Part shown: positions 9,135-19,757 of the stretch, one piece after another
Layout: every line of letters begins with the position of its first letter
How positions within the stretch are numbered: the stretch's first letter is position 1
Origin: Clostridia bacterium
Lineage (GTDB): Bacteria > Bacillota > Clostridia > Oscillospirales > Acutalibacteraceae
NCBI GenBank assembly: GCA_024404145.1
Contig: JAKSQK010000002.1
Coordinates: 168,646-232,645 of the forward strand
DNA: 64,000 nt
Direction: 5' to 3'
The notes under the pieces: generated by a model
Told to the model about the DNA's origin: nothing
The model's input: the letters and a program-made list of their open reading frames with translations, nothing else
Database searches by the model: none
Program-made: the position numbers and the translations under genes

Positions 9135-11180
9135 TTATAAAACATCTCTGAAATAAAGCCCTCTTGTAAAATCTTTGGGCGGTTTACCGCCCGAAATATA
9201 CTCGGAAATTATTTTTTCCGCTTCGCTTTCCGTTTCGGTTGTAAAAGAAAGAAGCAGAAAGTCTGTATTTGTTATCTCTGCCAATCTATCCGCAAGATAA
9301 ACGGGCTTTGAATTGAGTATTTCGGCGCAAAAAAGTCGGCATCTTATCGGAAAATCGGTTTTTGTTCTGTCGGTAATATAACCTTTTTTATCGCATTCAT
9401 CACAGTTTTTTCCGTTTTTAATCGGGCAGTTTCTCGTTGTCATAAGCGGAAGTCTGCCGTAGGCAAAAACACCTTTATTTGCGTCGGTTTTCAACCTCGT
9501 CGCCGACAAAAGCGACATCTCGGGGGAAAGGGTAATATATTCCACTTTGCCGTCTTTAAGGACATTTGCGGACTCGCCGTTAAATACATTAAGACCTGTT
9601 CCGCCTATAACATTAAATCCGTTTTCTTTGGCAAGATTTACAGCCGAAAGCGTATCGCAAAGGGCGGTTTTAATTCCCTTATTTTTTGCCTTTTGAAGCA
9701 GTTTTGATATCGCATTTTCGTCGCTTGTAAACTTCGGTATCTCGACGGCGATATTCTTAAATTCGGGCAGTTTTTCTTCCGCCTTTTCAAGCGGAACGAT
9801 AAGCAAATCAACCCCGCTTAAATTTTTTGGGATTTGCGAAATATCCAAAAACTTTGCGAAAATCTTTCTTTCCTTGCGTTCTTTATCTTTTTTCTCGATT
9901 TCATAACTCAAAATGCGCCGAATACCGACTTTTGATATGCTTAAAGAGAGGTTTTGAACGGCGCTTCGGCGCAGTTCGTTAAGTTCGCCGTTTGAAACAA
10001 AAAGACCTTTTTCAAGCTTAATTTCGATATTCTTTACGAAAAACGGCGTTCCGCCGAGTTTTGAAAGGGACTGCTTTATGCTTTCGGCGGTTACGGGAAA
10101 ACTTTTTGCCGTATCGGGTGTTTTGCCCTCGGCCTCAGCGCTGAATTTTTTGCTCTCGATTTTAATTTTAACAGGTTTATCTTTGCAAATTTCGGCAGTT
10201 ATTTTAACGGGGATTTTCGGGCGCTCATTTCTGTAAATATTATGCAAAAATGAATAGGTTTCTTTTGATTTATATACATCTTCCTTAGTTCTTATCCCAA
10301 ACATTTCCCTGCCAAGTTTGCCAGTATAATAGCCGTCGGTAAATCCCGAGCGGGAAAAAACATTTTTCAAAGCGCCTTCAAGTTCGGCGCTTAAATAACC
10401 TTTATCTACCGCCGTTCTACAAGCATAGGTACAAGCGGAAATATATTCGGGGCGCTTCATTCTGCCCTCTATCTTAAAAGATTTAACCCCCATTTCGGTC
10501 AGTTCGCCGATATAAGAAAAAAGGGATAAATCTTTCAAACTCAAATCGTAACCCGTTCCGTTTTCAACCGAAAAAGCAAGTCGGCAGGGTCCGGCGCAGA
10601 GCCCTCTGTTTCCGCTTCTGGCACCCAAAACAGAAGACAGCAAACATTGTCCCGAAAGGCACATACAAAGCGCCCCGTGAACAAAAACTTCGATTTCCAT
10701 ATCGAGTTTTTTTGCTTCTTTCAGCAATTCCTCTAACTCTTTTTTGCTCATTTCCCTTGCCGCAACAACCCTGCAAAAACCGAGTTCTTTGAGGGTTTTG
10801 AGAGCCGAAGGGGAATTCACCGACATCTGCGTTGAAGCATGAAGTTCTATATCGGGAAGTCGTTTATTTATAATTCTTGCAAGTCCCAAATCGCTGACAA
10901 TGATACCGTCAACACCGTTAAGATATGCAGATTTTGCTATGGCAAACGCCTTTTCAAGTTCGCTTTCTTTAACAGCAATATTAAGCGCAAGATATGTTTT
11001 TACATTATATTGTTTGCAGTATTTTACGGTGTCTTTTATTTCAGCATCTGAAAGGTTAACGGCATTTCTTCTTGCGTTGAAATCCTTTGCGCCGAAATAA
11101 ACCGCATCGGCTCCGCTTCTGACTGCGGCAATTAGGGATTCTGTATTTCCTGCCGGTGCTAAAACCTCTGTTTTTACCAT
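9135..11180 (-). CDS. U32-family peptidase-like protein (long form with C-terminal extension)
   Basis: U32 signature region EVFVHGALCMCLSGQCLLSS, 681 aa. Confidence 0.8.
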   Translation of the reverse strand: MVKTEVLAPAGNTESLIAAVRSGADAVYFGAKDFNARRNAVNLSDAEIKDTVKYCKQYNVKTYLALNIAVKESELEKAFAIAKSAYLNGVDGIIVSDLGLARIINKRLPDIELHASTQMSVNSPSALKTLKELGFCRVVAAREMSKKELEELLKEAKKLDMEIEVFVHGALCMCLSGQCLLSSVLGARSGNRGLCAGPCRLAFSVENGTGYDLSLKDLSLFSYIGELTEMGVKSFKIEGRMKRPEYISACTYACRTAVDKGYLSAELEGALKNVFSRSGFTDGYYTGKLGREMFGIRTKEDVYKSKETYSFLHNIYRNERPKIPVKITAEICKDKPVKIKIESKKFSAEAEGKTPDTAKSFPVTAESIKQSLSKLGGTPFFVKNIEIKLEKGLFVSNGELNELRRSAVQNLSLSISKVGIRRILSYEIEKKDKERKERKIFAKFLDISQIPKNLSGVDLLIVPLEKAEEKLPEFKNIAVEIPKFTSDENAISKLLQKAKNKGIKTALCDTLSAVNLAKENGFNVIGGTGLNVFNGESANVLKDGKVEYITLSPEMSLLSATRLKTDANKGVFAYGRLPLMTTRNCPIKNGKNCDECDKKGYITDRTKTDFPIRCRLFCAEILNSKPVYLADRLAEITNTDFLLLSFTTETESEAEKIISEYISGGKPPKDFTRGLYFRDVL

Positions 11181-11182
11181 TA

Positions 11183-13027
11183 TTATCCCCTCATTGTTCT
11201 CATTGAATTAAATACTGCTAAAATTAAAACTCCTACATCGGCGAAAGAGGCAAACCACATAATGTTGGGCACAGAAAGTGCCGAAAGAATAAGAACTCCG
11301 ACCTTTATACCTATCGAAAAAGCGATATTTTCTTTGGCTATTCTCACCGCTTTTTTAGATATTTTCATAAGAACGGGCAGTTTACAAAGATTATCGTCCA
11401 TTATAACAACATCGGCTGTATTTATGGCAGCATCGCTTCCGAGCGCTCCCATCGCAACACCGATACTCGCCCTCGCCAGTACGGGCGCATCGTTTATTCC
11501 ATCGCCCGAAAATGCCGTAACGAGTTTTTGCTTTTCGATAAGTTCTTCTATTATCTCAACCTTTTTTTGCGGAAGAAGCGAAGAATAGTATTCGTCTATT
11601 CCGAGTTCTTCGGCAACCGTTTTGGCTGTTTCTTTGTTATCGCCCGTAAGCATAACGGTCTTTATTTTTGCTTTTTTGAGTTTTTCTACCGTTTTCTTTG
11701 CGCTCGGTTTTATACTGTCGGAAATGACAATATGTCCCGAATATTCGCCGTTTACGGCGATATGGACAACCGTTCCCGAATGATGGCATTCTTTATAATT
11801 TACGCCGTTTTCGTTCATTAGTTTTTCGCTTCCGACTAAAATTGTATTGTCATCTATAACACATTCTATTCCTCTGCCCGATATTTCTTTTGTGTTTTTC
11901 ACTTCATACATCGGTCGGTCGCCGAGGCACGATACTATCGAAAGGGCTATCGGATGGGTGCTGTATTTCTCGCAGGACGCCGTTATCTTAACCAGTTCCT
12001 GCTTGTCGATTTTTTCGGGATGAACGGCAACAACCGCAAAACTGCCCTTTGTAAGTGTTCCTGTTTTATCGAATGCAAATGCTCTTATTTTTGAAAAAAC
12101 TTCGAGCGCATCTGACCCTTTAACGAGAATTCCCTTTTTTGAGGCGGCGCCTATTGCTCCGAAAAAACTAATCGGAACAGAAACGACAAGGGCGCACGGG
12201 CAGGATACAACAAGAAATGTCAGCGCCGAATAGATATATTTTCGAAAGTCGCCGAAAATAATGCTCGGAACAATGGCAAAAGCAACGGCAAGAATTACAA
12301 CAACAGGGGTATAAACCTTTGCAAATCTTGTAATAAACTTCTCGGTTTTTGCCTTTTTTTCGGTTGATTCTTCGATAAGTTCCATTATTTTTGAAGCGGT
12401 TGAAGTATCAAAAGTTGTTGTTGTTTTTATCTTTATTACACCGCTTAAATTTACCGTTGCGCTGTAAACTTTTGCGCCTTCTTCGGCAAAAACAGGCAAC
12501 GATTCTCCCGTAATCGCCGCAGAATCTATTTCGGTTTTACCCTCTATTATAATTCCGTCTATCGGGATTTTTTCTCCGACTTTAACGATAACAATATCGC
12601 CGATTTTAACCTCTTTTGAGTCAACTTCCGTTTCCTTTCCGTCTATTAAAACGGTTGCTTTATCGGCGCAAATTTGAAGCAGAGATTCTATTGCCTCTTC
12701 GCTCTTTCGGTCGGCGGTTTTTTCAAAAACTTCGCCTATAAGGAAAAAAATCATAACAAATGTTGCCTCGGGAAAATCGCCCATAATAAGCGCTCCGATA
12801 GTTGCAACGCTCATAAGGAAATCCTCTGCCAAAACCCTTCCCTTAAAGAGTTTTTCGGCGGCTTCAAACAGAACTTCATAGCCGACTACAAGATATGACG
12901 GCAGGAATATCAAGAGGTTTGCCCAAAAGGGAAGCCCATTCAAAATATATTCTGTTATTATATATGCCGCAGCCAAAAGCACGGCTGAAACAGAAATCTT
13001 TATGATGTTCTTTTTTCGCTCGGTCAT
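11183..13027 (-). CDS. heavy-metal translocating P1B-type ATPase (no N-terminal metal-binding domain)
   Basis: Transmembrane CPC motif (SCPCALV), phosphorylation site DKTGTLT, hinge GDGINDAP. At 614 aa there is no HMA domain (GMxCxxC). Confidence 0.85.
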   Translation of the reverse strand: MTERKKNIIKISVSAVLLAAAYIITEYILNGLPFWANLLIFLPSYLVVGYEVLFEAAEKLFKGRVLAEDFLMSVATIGALIMGDFPEATFVMIFFLIGEVFEKTADRKSEEAIESLLQICADKATVLIDGKETEVDSKEVKIGDIVIVKVGEKIPIDGIIIEGKTEIDSAAITGESLPVFAEEGAKVYSATVNLSGVIKIKTTTTFDTSTASKIMELIEESTEKKAKTEKFITRFAKVYTPVVVILAVAFAIVPSIIFGDFRKYIYSALTFLVVSCPCALVVSVPISFFGAIGAASKKGILVKGSDALEVFSKIRAFAFDKTGTLTKGSFAVVAVHPEKIDKQELVKITASCEKYSTHPIALSIVSCLGDRPMYEVKNTKEISGRGIECVIDDNTILVGSEKLMNENGVNYKECHHSGTVVHIAVNGEYSGHIVISDSIKPSAKKTVEKLKKAKIKTVMLTGDNKETAKTVAEELGIDEYYSSLLPQKKVEIIEELIEKQKLVTAFSGDGINDAPVLARASIGVAMGALGSDAAINTADVVIMDDNLCKLPVLMKISKKAVRIAKENIAFSIGIKVGVLILSALSVPNIMWFASFADVGVLILAVFNSMRTMRG

Positions 13028-13212
13028 TTGTATTTTCCTCCGAAATATACTTTTTTGGGGTATATTTTAAGCAGTATTTTATTCGTTGCAACGGTTTTAT
13101 GACTGCAACAACAAAGAATAGTCCTTTGTTTTATTTTAACACAAGCAGACCGCAATTTCAACAAATCGCCTAAATATACACATAAGTTTTATTTTGCCAT
13201 AAAAAATAACAC

Positions 13213-13241
13213 TTGATATTTTTCCCGACAGGATATAAAAT
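13213..13241 (+). promoter_or_regulatory. putative sigma-A promoter of ireB
   Basis: TTGATA, 17-nt spacer, TAAAAT. Ends about 20 nt upstream of RBS GAGGTG. Confidence 0.4.
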
Positions 13242-13262
13242 AATATAAAAGAGGTGTTGATT

Positions 13263-13508
13263 ATGAATGACAAGACGATGATGTTTTCAATAGGCGACCA
13301 AACCGAGCGTGAAATAAGAGATATTTTAACCAAGGTTTATGATGCCCTTAAAGAAAAAGGATATAATCCGATAAACCAAATTGTAGGGTATATTCTTTCG
13401 GAAGACCCGACTTATATTACAACCCATAACAACGCCCGTAATCTTATAAGGCATATAGACAGGGATTTGCTTTTGCAGTATCTCGTTAAATATTATCTTT
13501 CAAACTAA
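13263..13508 (+). CDS. IreB-family regulatory phosphoprotein (UPF0297/DUF965)
   Basis: Sequence ...[54 protein letters not shown] is characteristic of the UPF0297 family. ATG at 13263 lies 6 nt after GAGGTG. Confidence 0.8.
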   Translation: MNDKTMMFSIGDQTEREIRDILTKVYDALKEKGYNPINQIVGYILSEDPTYITTHNNARNLIRHIDRDLLLQYLVKYYLSN

Positions 13509-13520
13509 AACAAAAAAAGT

Positions 13521-13554
13521 AAAGCAGGTAAGGAATGTTCCTTACCTGCTTTTA
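13521..13554. terminator. bidirectional terminator between ireB (+) and the glutamine synthetase gene (-)
   Basis: AGCAGGTAAGGA-atgt-TCCTTACCTGCT, a 12-bp perfect stem flanked by A-run and T-run. Confidence 0.85.
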
Positions 13555-15648
13555 TTATACCTTAAAGAGCAAATCGCCATAGGTCGGATACGGCCAGTTC
13601 TTTCTGGGTACCAGCGTTTCGGCATCGTCGGTTACGGCTCTGATTTTTTCCATAAGCGACAAAACGGTTTCGTTATAAAACTCTGCCCTTTTAAGTGGGT
13701 CGGCAACATTTTGCGCCTCTTCGGTTTTTATATCGAGTTCATTTACATAACCGTAAAGGTTTTCATAGTATTCGGATAATTTTTCTATTATATCCTTTTG
13801 CGCTTTGAGAGCATCTTTTCTAAGCGCCGATTTAAGCGCATCGGCAGTCAAACATATTTCTTTAAGCGCCTTTGAAACGGCGGGCATAATATCCCTTTTT
13901 ACCATTTCGGAAAGGGTCAGCGCTTCAATATGGACTATCTTGCTGTAATTTTCAAGCATTATCTCGGCTCTGCAAATAAGCTCGGTTTCGTTGAATACAC
14001 CGTGGCGCAAAAACATTTCAACATTCTTTTTTAAGGTTAAAAGCGGAACGGCGGAGGGGGTTGAAGCAAGATTTAAGAGCCCTCTTTTCTTTGCTTCTTC
14101 CTGCCATTCTTTTGAATAACCGTCGCCGTTGAAGATTATTCTTTTATGCTCGTGAACCGTTTCTTTTATTATAAGGGCAACCTCTTTATTAAAGTCTTTT
14201 GCTTTTTCGAGGCGGTCGGCAAACTCCATAAAGACATCAGCCATCATAGTGTTTAGCATAACATTTGCATCAGAAATCGAAGCGGCGCTTCCGAGCATTC
14301 TGAACTCAAATTTATTTCCGGTAAAGGCAAACGGAGAGGTTCGGTTTCTATCGGTATTATCTTTTCTTATGGTCGGAATTACCTCTGTTCCGACCGTCAT
14401 ATTCGTTTTATGGCGGTCGTCATGATGAACTCCGTTTTCAACCGCTTCCAAAATCTCGGTCAGTTCCTCGCCCAAATACATCGAAATAATCGACGGGGGA
14501 GCTTCGGCTCCGCCTAAGCGGTGGTCGTTTCCTGCCGTTGCAACCGAAATTCTTAGCAAATCCTGATGCAAATCGACTGCCTTAACAACTCCCGCAAGGC
14601 ATAAGAGGAAAAGCGGATTTTCGCTCGGGTTTTTGCCCGGTTTTAGAAGGTTAATGCCGGTATCGGTAGCCAACGACCAGTTGTTATGCTTTCCGCTTCC
14701 GTTAACGCCCTTAAACGGTTTTTCATGCAAAAGACATACAAGCCCATGCTTATCTGCTATCTTTTTCATAAGTTCCATTGTAAGCTGGTTATGGTCGGCG
14801 GCGATATTCGTTGTTGTGAAAATCGGCGCAAGTTCATGCTGGGCGGGAGCGGCTTCGTTATGCTCGGTTTTTGCAAGAACACCGAGTTTCCAAAGTTCGC
14901 TGTCAAGTTCCTTCATAAACTCCGCAACCCTCGGCTTTATAACACCGAAATAATGGTCGTTCATCTCTTGTCCCTTTGGGGGAACGGCGCCTGTCAGCGT
15001 TCTTCCGCAATACATAAGGTCGGGCCTCTTTGAAAACAATTCTTTATCTATTAGAAAATACTCCTGCTCGGGCCCTGCCGTAGTTCTGACGCTCGTAACA
15101 TCTTCCATACCGAAAAGTTTTACTATGCGAAGCGCCTGTTTTGAAACGGCATCCATACTGCGAAGAAGCGGAGTTTTTTGGTCGAGCGCCTCGCCGCCGT
15201 ATGAACAGAAAGCGGTGGGAATACAAAGGGTTTTGTCCTTAACGAAGGCAAAAGAACTCGGGTCCCAAGCGGTATATCCTCTCGCCTCAAATGTTGCCCT
15301 GAGTCCCCCCGAAGGGAAGGACGATGCATCGGGTTCGCCTTTTATAAGTTCCTTTCCCGAAAAGTCCATTATGATACGGCCCTCTGCCGTCGGCGCTATA
15401 AAACTATCGTGTTTTTCAGCGGTAATACCCGTCATCGGCTGAAACCAATGGGTAAAATGGGTAGCACCCTTTTCGATAGCCCATTCTTTCATGGCATTTG
15501 CAACCGAATCGGCAATGTTTGAATCTATGCTCTTGCCCGAAATGACGGCATTTCTTAAAAGTTCGTATGTAACTTTCGGCAGTCTTTCTTTCATTACGGC
15601 ATCGCCGAAAACATTACTTCCGAAAGTTTCGCTTATATTGGTATTCAA
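13555..15648 (-). CDS. glnN: glutamine synthetase type III
   Basis: 697 aa. N-terminus [20 protein letters not shown] and a GS catalytic core ([10 protein letters not shown]) are typical of type III GS. Confidence 0.9.
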   Translation of the reverse strand: MNTNISETFGSNVFGDAVMKERLPKVTYELLRNAVISGKSIDSNIADSVANAMKEWAIEKGATHFTHWFQPMTGITAEKHDSFIAPTAEGRIIMDFSGKELIKGEPDASSFPSGGLRATFEARGYTAWDPSSFAFVKDKTLCIPTAFCSYGGEALDQKTPLLRSMDAVSKQALRIVKLFGMEDVTSVRTTAGPEQEYFLIDKELFSKRPDLMYCGRTLTGAVPPKGQEMNDHYFGVIKPRVAEFMKELDSELWKLGVLAKTEHNEAAPAQHELAPIFTTTNIAADHNQLTMELMKKIADKHGLVCLLHEKPFKGVNGSGKHNNWSLATDTGINLLKPGKNPSENPLFLLCLAGVVKAVDLHQDLLRISVATAGNDHRLGGAEAPPSIISMYLGEELTEILEAVENGVHHDDRHKTNMTVGTEVIPTIRKDNTDRNRTSPFAFTGNKFEFRMLGSAASISDANVMLNTMMADVFMEFADRLEKAKDFNKEVALIIKETVHEHKRIIFNGDGYSKEWQEEAKKRGLLNLASTPSAVPLLTLKKNVEMFLRHGVFNETELICRAEIMLENYSKIVHIEALTLSEMVKRDIMPAVSKALKEICLTADALKSALRKDALKAQKDIIEKLSEYYENLYGYVNELDIKTEEAQNVADPLKRAEFYNETVLSLMEKIRAVTDDAETLVPRKNWPYPTYGDLLFKV

Positions 15649-15799
15649 TTCGTTTCTCCCCTAAAAAATATTAAACACAGTAACAATTATACGCCCAAAG
15701 TTTTCATTGTCAATTAAATAACAAAATATCTAATAACTTAAATATATTCGGTAACATCGGTTGAAGATATAAGGTTTTGCGCCATTTTACCTTAAATAA

Positions 15800-16414
15800 T
15801 TAAGTCAGTATATTGATATTACGGCTCATTTGTTTAATATATCTTTCCCAATTATAGCAGTCGGGCAAAGTTAAATCGGTATTATCGCAGTTTTCGATAA
15901 GAAATACAAAATCGTTTCTTGTAAGTCCGTTTTCGGAAACGGCGCCTAAAACCGCTCTTATTATCTGATAATTCAATATTCTGTCATTTTTTTCGGAAAG
16001 TTTTTCGGTAACCTGCATTCCCGTCAGGCGAACGGCTTCGCCGTTTTCTTCGAGTTCGATTCCGCCTATGCGGTCGATAAGCAAACTCAAAAAATTATAG
16101 TCGGCGAAAATCTTTTTATCAATAGAATAGCCCTTAAATTCGCTTTCGGTTTCGGCGGTATTATCAATGCCCAGAACGGTTATTTTTTCTTTTAGAAAAT
16201 CGAGATAAAAAAGCAGTCCGCTATCGTCGGGGAGGCATAGCATAACTCCGCAGTTTACAGGGGTTGCGCTAAAATACGGCTCGTCGTTTTTAACCTTTTC
16301 GGCAGGGGTTTCGGTTTCCTCGGTTTTGCCCGAAAGATAGGCATAGGAAGCGCCGACAAATAAAACTGTGCAAACAAGAAAAGAAATTCCCGCTTTCAAA
16401 AATCTTTTTTTCAT
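15800..16414 (-). CDS. hypothetical N-terminally membrane-anchored protein
   Basis: MKKRFLKAGISFLVCTVLFVGA signal-anchor. No motif recognised with confidence. Start moved to the second ATG. Confidence 0.5.
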   Translation of the reverse strand: MKKRFLKAGISFLVCTVLFVGASYAYLSGKTEETETPAEKVKNDEPYFSATPVNCGVMLCLPDDSGLLFYLDFLKEKITVLGIDNTAETESEFKGYSIDKKIFADYNFLSLLIDRIGGIELEENGEAVRLTGMQVTEKLSEKNDRILNYQIIRAVLGAVSENGLTRNDFVFLIENCDNTDLTLPDCYNWERYIKQMSRNINILT

Positions 16415-16462
16415 AAAAAAATCACCCATTTTGTATTTTAGACAAAACGGATGATTTTTATT

Positions 16463-18844
16463 CTACTGTATCTCGGCAACGGTTACTCCGTTTTCGCCCT
16501 CGCCGAAAACTCCCAAGCGGTATGATTTTATATTTTTATGGTCTTTCAGATAGCTTTGAACGGCTTTCCGCAAAACGCCCGTTCCCTTGCCGTGAATAAT
16601 CGTAATGCTCGTAATACCCGTTAAAACGGCGCCGTCTATATAACGGTCAAGTTCCATTATCGCCTCATCGCTCGACATTCCCCGAAGGTCTATCTCGCCT
16701 TTTATCTGCCTTTCGGCATTTGAGCGAATTCCCGTTATATTTCTCGTTTTCGTCGGCGAGGGTTTTGCATTCTTTTTAAGCGAAAGGTCATCAAAAGGAA
16801 CCCACATTTTAAGGAATCCCGAAGAAACCTGCGCCCTGCTGTTTTTTTCGTCAACATCAACAACCGCTGCATCTCTGTTTATGGAGCCGACTATAACCGT
16901 ATCGCCGATTTTCGGCGGACCTTTTAGTTTTTCTCCCGACGAATTTTGCTCTATCGGGTCGGCATTTTCTTCAAGTTCTTTAATTCCCTTTTTATAAAGG
17001 TTTCTCGCCTTTTGCAGATTTTCGGCGCTGTTTTTGGCGTTAAATCCCTTTTTAAGTTCTTCAAGTTCGTTAAGAATGGCCGCCGAGCGGTTTCTCGCCT
17101 CGTTTACTATTATATTTGCTTTTTGACGGCTTTCTTCTACGATTTTTTTCTTGGCAACATTCAGTTCATGCTCGATGTTATCGTATCGCTTTTTCGATGC
17201 TTCTATCTCGCTTTTAAGTCTTGTTGCGGCAAGTCGGTCTTCCTCCGCTTGTTTTCTCGATGCTTCGAGTTTTTCCGCCAATTTTTCAAACCTTAAATTT
17301 TCTTCGCTTAACTGCCCTCTCGCCGTTTCGATAATGTTCTCGCCAAGACCTAACTTTTTTGAAATATCAAAGGCATTTGAAGAACCGGGTATGCCGACAA
17401 TAAGGCGGTATGTAGGTTTAAGTGTTTCAACATCAAACTCACAGGCGGCATTTTCAACCCTATACGACTCAATGGCATAGGTTTTAAGTTCCGGATAATG
17501 CGAAGTTACAACCGTTTTTGCGCCTTTTTCGGATAAATCCATCAAAACCGCTTTTGCTATTGCGGCGCCCTCAATAGGGTCGGTACCGGCACAAAGTTCA
17601 TCAAAAAGAACAAGACTTTCGCTATCTGCATTTTGAAGAATATTTACAATATTTACCATATGCGACGAAAAGGTTGAAAGCGACTGCTCTATCGACTGTT
17701 CATCGCCTATATCGGCAAATATTTTCTTAAAAACCGCAATTTCGCTTCCGTCATCTGACGGAATCATAAGTCCGCACATCGCCATAAGACAGAAAAGTCC
17801 TATTGTTTTAAGCGTTACGGTTTTACCGCCCGTATTAGGGCCTGTTATTATGAGCGTATCATAGTCTTTTCCGAGCCCTACCGTTACGGGCACAACTTTT
17901 TTTTGCGCAATAAGAGGGTGCCTTGCCCTTTTAAGAAAAATGTTGCCTTCTCGGTTAAGTTTTGGAACGGTTGCGCCTGTTTTATAGGCATATCTCGCTT
18001 TTGCGAAAATAAGGTCAAGCGCAATAATGCTTTCAAAAGATTTTTTAAGAGTATCCGAAACCTGCGAAACCTGAGCCGAGAGTTCGGTTAAAATTCTTGT
18101 TATTTCTTCGAGTTCTTTTATCTCTAAAACACGCATTTCGTTGTTTGCTTCAACAACGCTCATCGGCTCGATAAAAACGGTTGAGCCGGTTGAGGAAGTA
18201 TCGTGGACAATACCGCCTATCTGCGCCCTATGCTCAACCTTAACGGGAACAACATACCTGCCGTCTCGCTGGGTTACTATCGCCTCTTGAAGATATTTTG
18301 CGCTCGGACCTCTGACGATTTTGTCAAGAATATCCTTAACCTTAACAGAACACGCCGATTTTTTCCGCCTTATATCGTATAGCGCAGAAGATGCTTTATC
18401 ATAAATTTCTTCTTCCGATTTTATAACCGAGTTTATTGAATCTTCAAGATATTTGTTCGGGTATAAAAGTTCAAAATAAGAATCTATAAGCAACTTTTTG
18501 GCGGCATCATTTTCGTTTCGCCAGTCTTTTGCCTTTCTGATGACCCTTAACAAATCGCAGACATAAAGCAGTTCTTTTATACCGAGGGTTGCCTCGATTT
18601 TTGAGCGTTCCAAAATGTTCGGTATGTTTTCGTTTGCAAAAAACGAAGGCACCGAAAAACGAGACATAAGAATATATGCTTCCTCGGTTTCTTTGAGCCG
18701 TTTTTTTACCGTTTCAAAATCATTTGAAGGGCAAAGTTTAATCGCCATCTCCTTTGATTTCGGAGAAAGCGCATTTTCCGCCAAACTTTGAAGAACGGTA
18801 TTTAATTCAAGAGTTTTTTGCCATTTTTCAAAACTGTAATTCAT
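16463..18844 (-). CDS. mutS2: endonuclease MutS2 (MutS domain plus C-terminal Smr)
   Basis: Walker A GPNTGGKTVTLKT, long coiled coil, C-terminal Smr (DLRGMSSDEA ... IIHGKGTGVLR), 793 aa. Confidence 0.9.
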   Translation of the reverse strand: MNYSFEKWQKTLELNTVLQSLAENALSPKSKEMAIKLCPSNDFETVKKRLKETEEAYILMSRFSVPSFFANENIPNILERSKIEATLGIKELLYVCDLLRVIRKAKDWRNENDAAKKLLIDSYFELLYPNKYLEDSINSVIKSEEEIYDKASSALYDIRRKKSACSVKVKDILDKIVRGPSAKYLQEAIVTQRDGRYVVPVKVEHRAQIGGIVHDTSSTGSTVFIEPMSVVEANNEMRVLEIKELEEITRILTELSAQVSQVSDTLKKSFESIIALDLIFAKARYAYKTGATVPKLNREGNIFLKRARHPLIAQKKVVPVTVGLGKDYDTLIITGPNTGGKTVTLKTIGLFCLMAMCGLMIPSDDGSEIAVFKKIFADIGDEQSIEQSLSTFSSHMVNIVNILQNADSESLVLFDELCAGTDPIEGAAIAKAVLMDLSEKGAKTVVTSHYPELKTYAIESYRVENAACEFDVETLKPTYRLIVGIPGSSNAFDISKKLGLGENIIETARGQLSEENLRFEKLAEKLEASRKQAEEDRLAATRLKSEIEASKKRYDNIEHELNVAKKKIVEESRQKANIIVNEARNRSAAILNELEELKKGFNAKNSAENLQKARNLYKKGIKELEENADPIEQNSSGEKLKGPPKIGDTVIVGSINRDAAVVDVDEKNSRAQVSSGFLKMWVPFDDLSLKKNAKPSPTKTRNITGIRSNAERQIKGEIDLRGMSSDEAIMELDRYIDGAVLTGITSITIIHGKGTGVLRKAVQSYLKDHKNIKSYRLGVFGEGENGVTVAEIQ

Positions 18845-18856
18845 CTTCTTTATGCC

Positions 18857-19594
18857 TCATTTAATATCGTTTAGAAAATTCAATGTTGTAAATTTATGTT
18901 CGGTTTGAAAAACAAGATATTTTTCGGTTATATCGGAAAGAATTTTTGCGTCTTTTTCGGGAATTGAAAAATTATAAAGTCCGCCAAACGGCGAATAAAC
19001 GATATGGCGCATTGCATTCATAAGCGTTTCGTTAAGCGGAATATTATCGGCATTTTTATTGCAGGTTGAACACCAAACCGAGCCGTCGGCAACAGAAAAA
19101 TACATAATATCATCTCTGAACTCTCCGCAATTTTGACAGCCGACAAGATTAGGGCAAAAACCCGAAATTGCAAGAACTCTCAGTTCGGTTATCGCCTTAA
19201 TGAGAAACGGATTTCGCTTTTCTTCGGTTAAAAAATACAGCGAATTCAGTATTAGGCGCAAAAATTCCTCCTGTTTTTCTCCGTTTGGCTCGAAAACAAG
19301 CGAAAGTTCGCAAAAATACTGCGAAACCGCCAATGCTTCTATGCTTGAATTTGTGCCGAAAAAAAGTTTTATCGGGGTTGCTTCGGTTACCCTGTATGTA
19401 TCGCCTTTCTTTGAAAGACTGAAATTTGAATAGGACAAAAGCCCCGTGCCCGAGCCCCTTTTGGACTTGATATTCTTGGCGCCCGAGGCATAGGCCTTAA
19501 TTATTCCGTTATCCTTTGTAAGAAGAGTTATCAGTCGGTCGGCTTCCCCCACTTTGATTTCTTTTATTACCAGTGCGTCTAATACCGTCTTCAA
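18857..19594 (-). CDS. recO: DNA repair protein RecO
   Basis: OB-fold N-terminus and a Cys4 zinc motif (CQNC...CSTC). TTG start sits 7 nt after GGAAGGAGG. Conserved era-recO neighbourhood. Confidence 0.85.
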   Translation of the reverse strand: MKTVLDALVIKEIKVGEADRLITLLTKDNGIIKAYASGAKNIKSKRGSGTGLLSYSNFSLSKKGDTYRVTEATPIKLFFGTNSSIEALAVSQYFCELSLVFEPNGEKQEEFLRLILNSLYFLTEEKRNPFLIKAITELRVLAISGFCPNLVGCQNCGEFRDDIMYFSVADGSVWCSTCNKNADNIPLNETLMNAMRHIVYSPFGGLYNFSIPEKDAKILSDITEKYLVFQTEHKFTTLNFLNDIK

Positions 19595-19694
19595 AACGGG
19601 TGCCTCCTTCCGTATCTCTTTTGTTTACATAGTTGATATAGTCCTGCGGTTTTCCGCTTAAAACAAATTTTAACCAATAATCGTTCAGGTCCAT
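19509..19694 (-). CDS. possible YqzL-like small protein, 3' end overlapping the recO start
   Basis: ATG at 19694 preceded by GGAAGGA. MDLNDYWLKFVLSGKPQDYINYVNKRDTE resembles the F-x-W-K-x-F-x-x-T/S-G-x-x-x-x-Y pattern of YqzL proteins that sit between era and recO in Bacilli and Clostridia. The tail runs 86 nt into recO in another frame. Confidence 0.35.
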   Translation of the reverse strand: MDLNDYWLKFVLSGKPQDYINYVNKRDTEGGTRFEDGIRRTGNKRNQSGGSRPTDNSSYKG

Positions 19695-19757
19695 TTTATC
19701 AAATCCTTCCAAATCTAATTTTTGCAAGGATTTTTCATTTATTTATGGAAATAAAAG

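Noticed and set aside
7694-9145. ORF-track N-terminal extensions of several genes (7694..9145, 36151..37614, 54866..55501, 58184..59323, 41405..41788, 48775..50139, 39817..41340)
   Set aside because: The upstream extensions lack an RBS, encode implausible leader sequences, or run through promoters or neighbouring genes. Internal ATG/TTG/GTG starts with good RBS spacing were preferred.
13028-13253. Metal-sensing riboswitch (yybP-ykoY or NiCo) in the P-type ATPase leader
   Set aside because: No recognisable conserved core sequences were seen by eye. This needs an Infernal scan to exclude formally.
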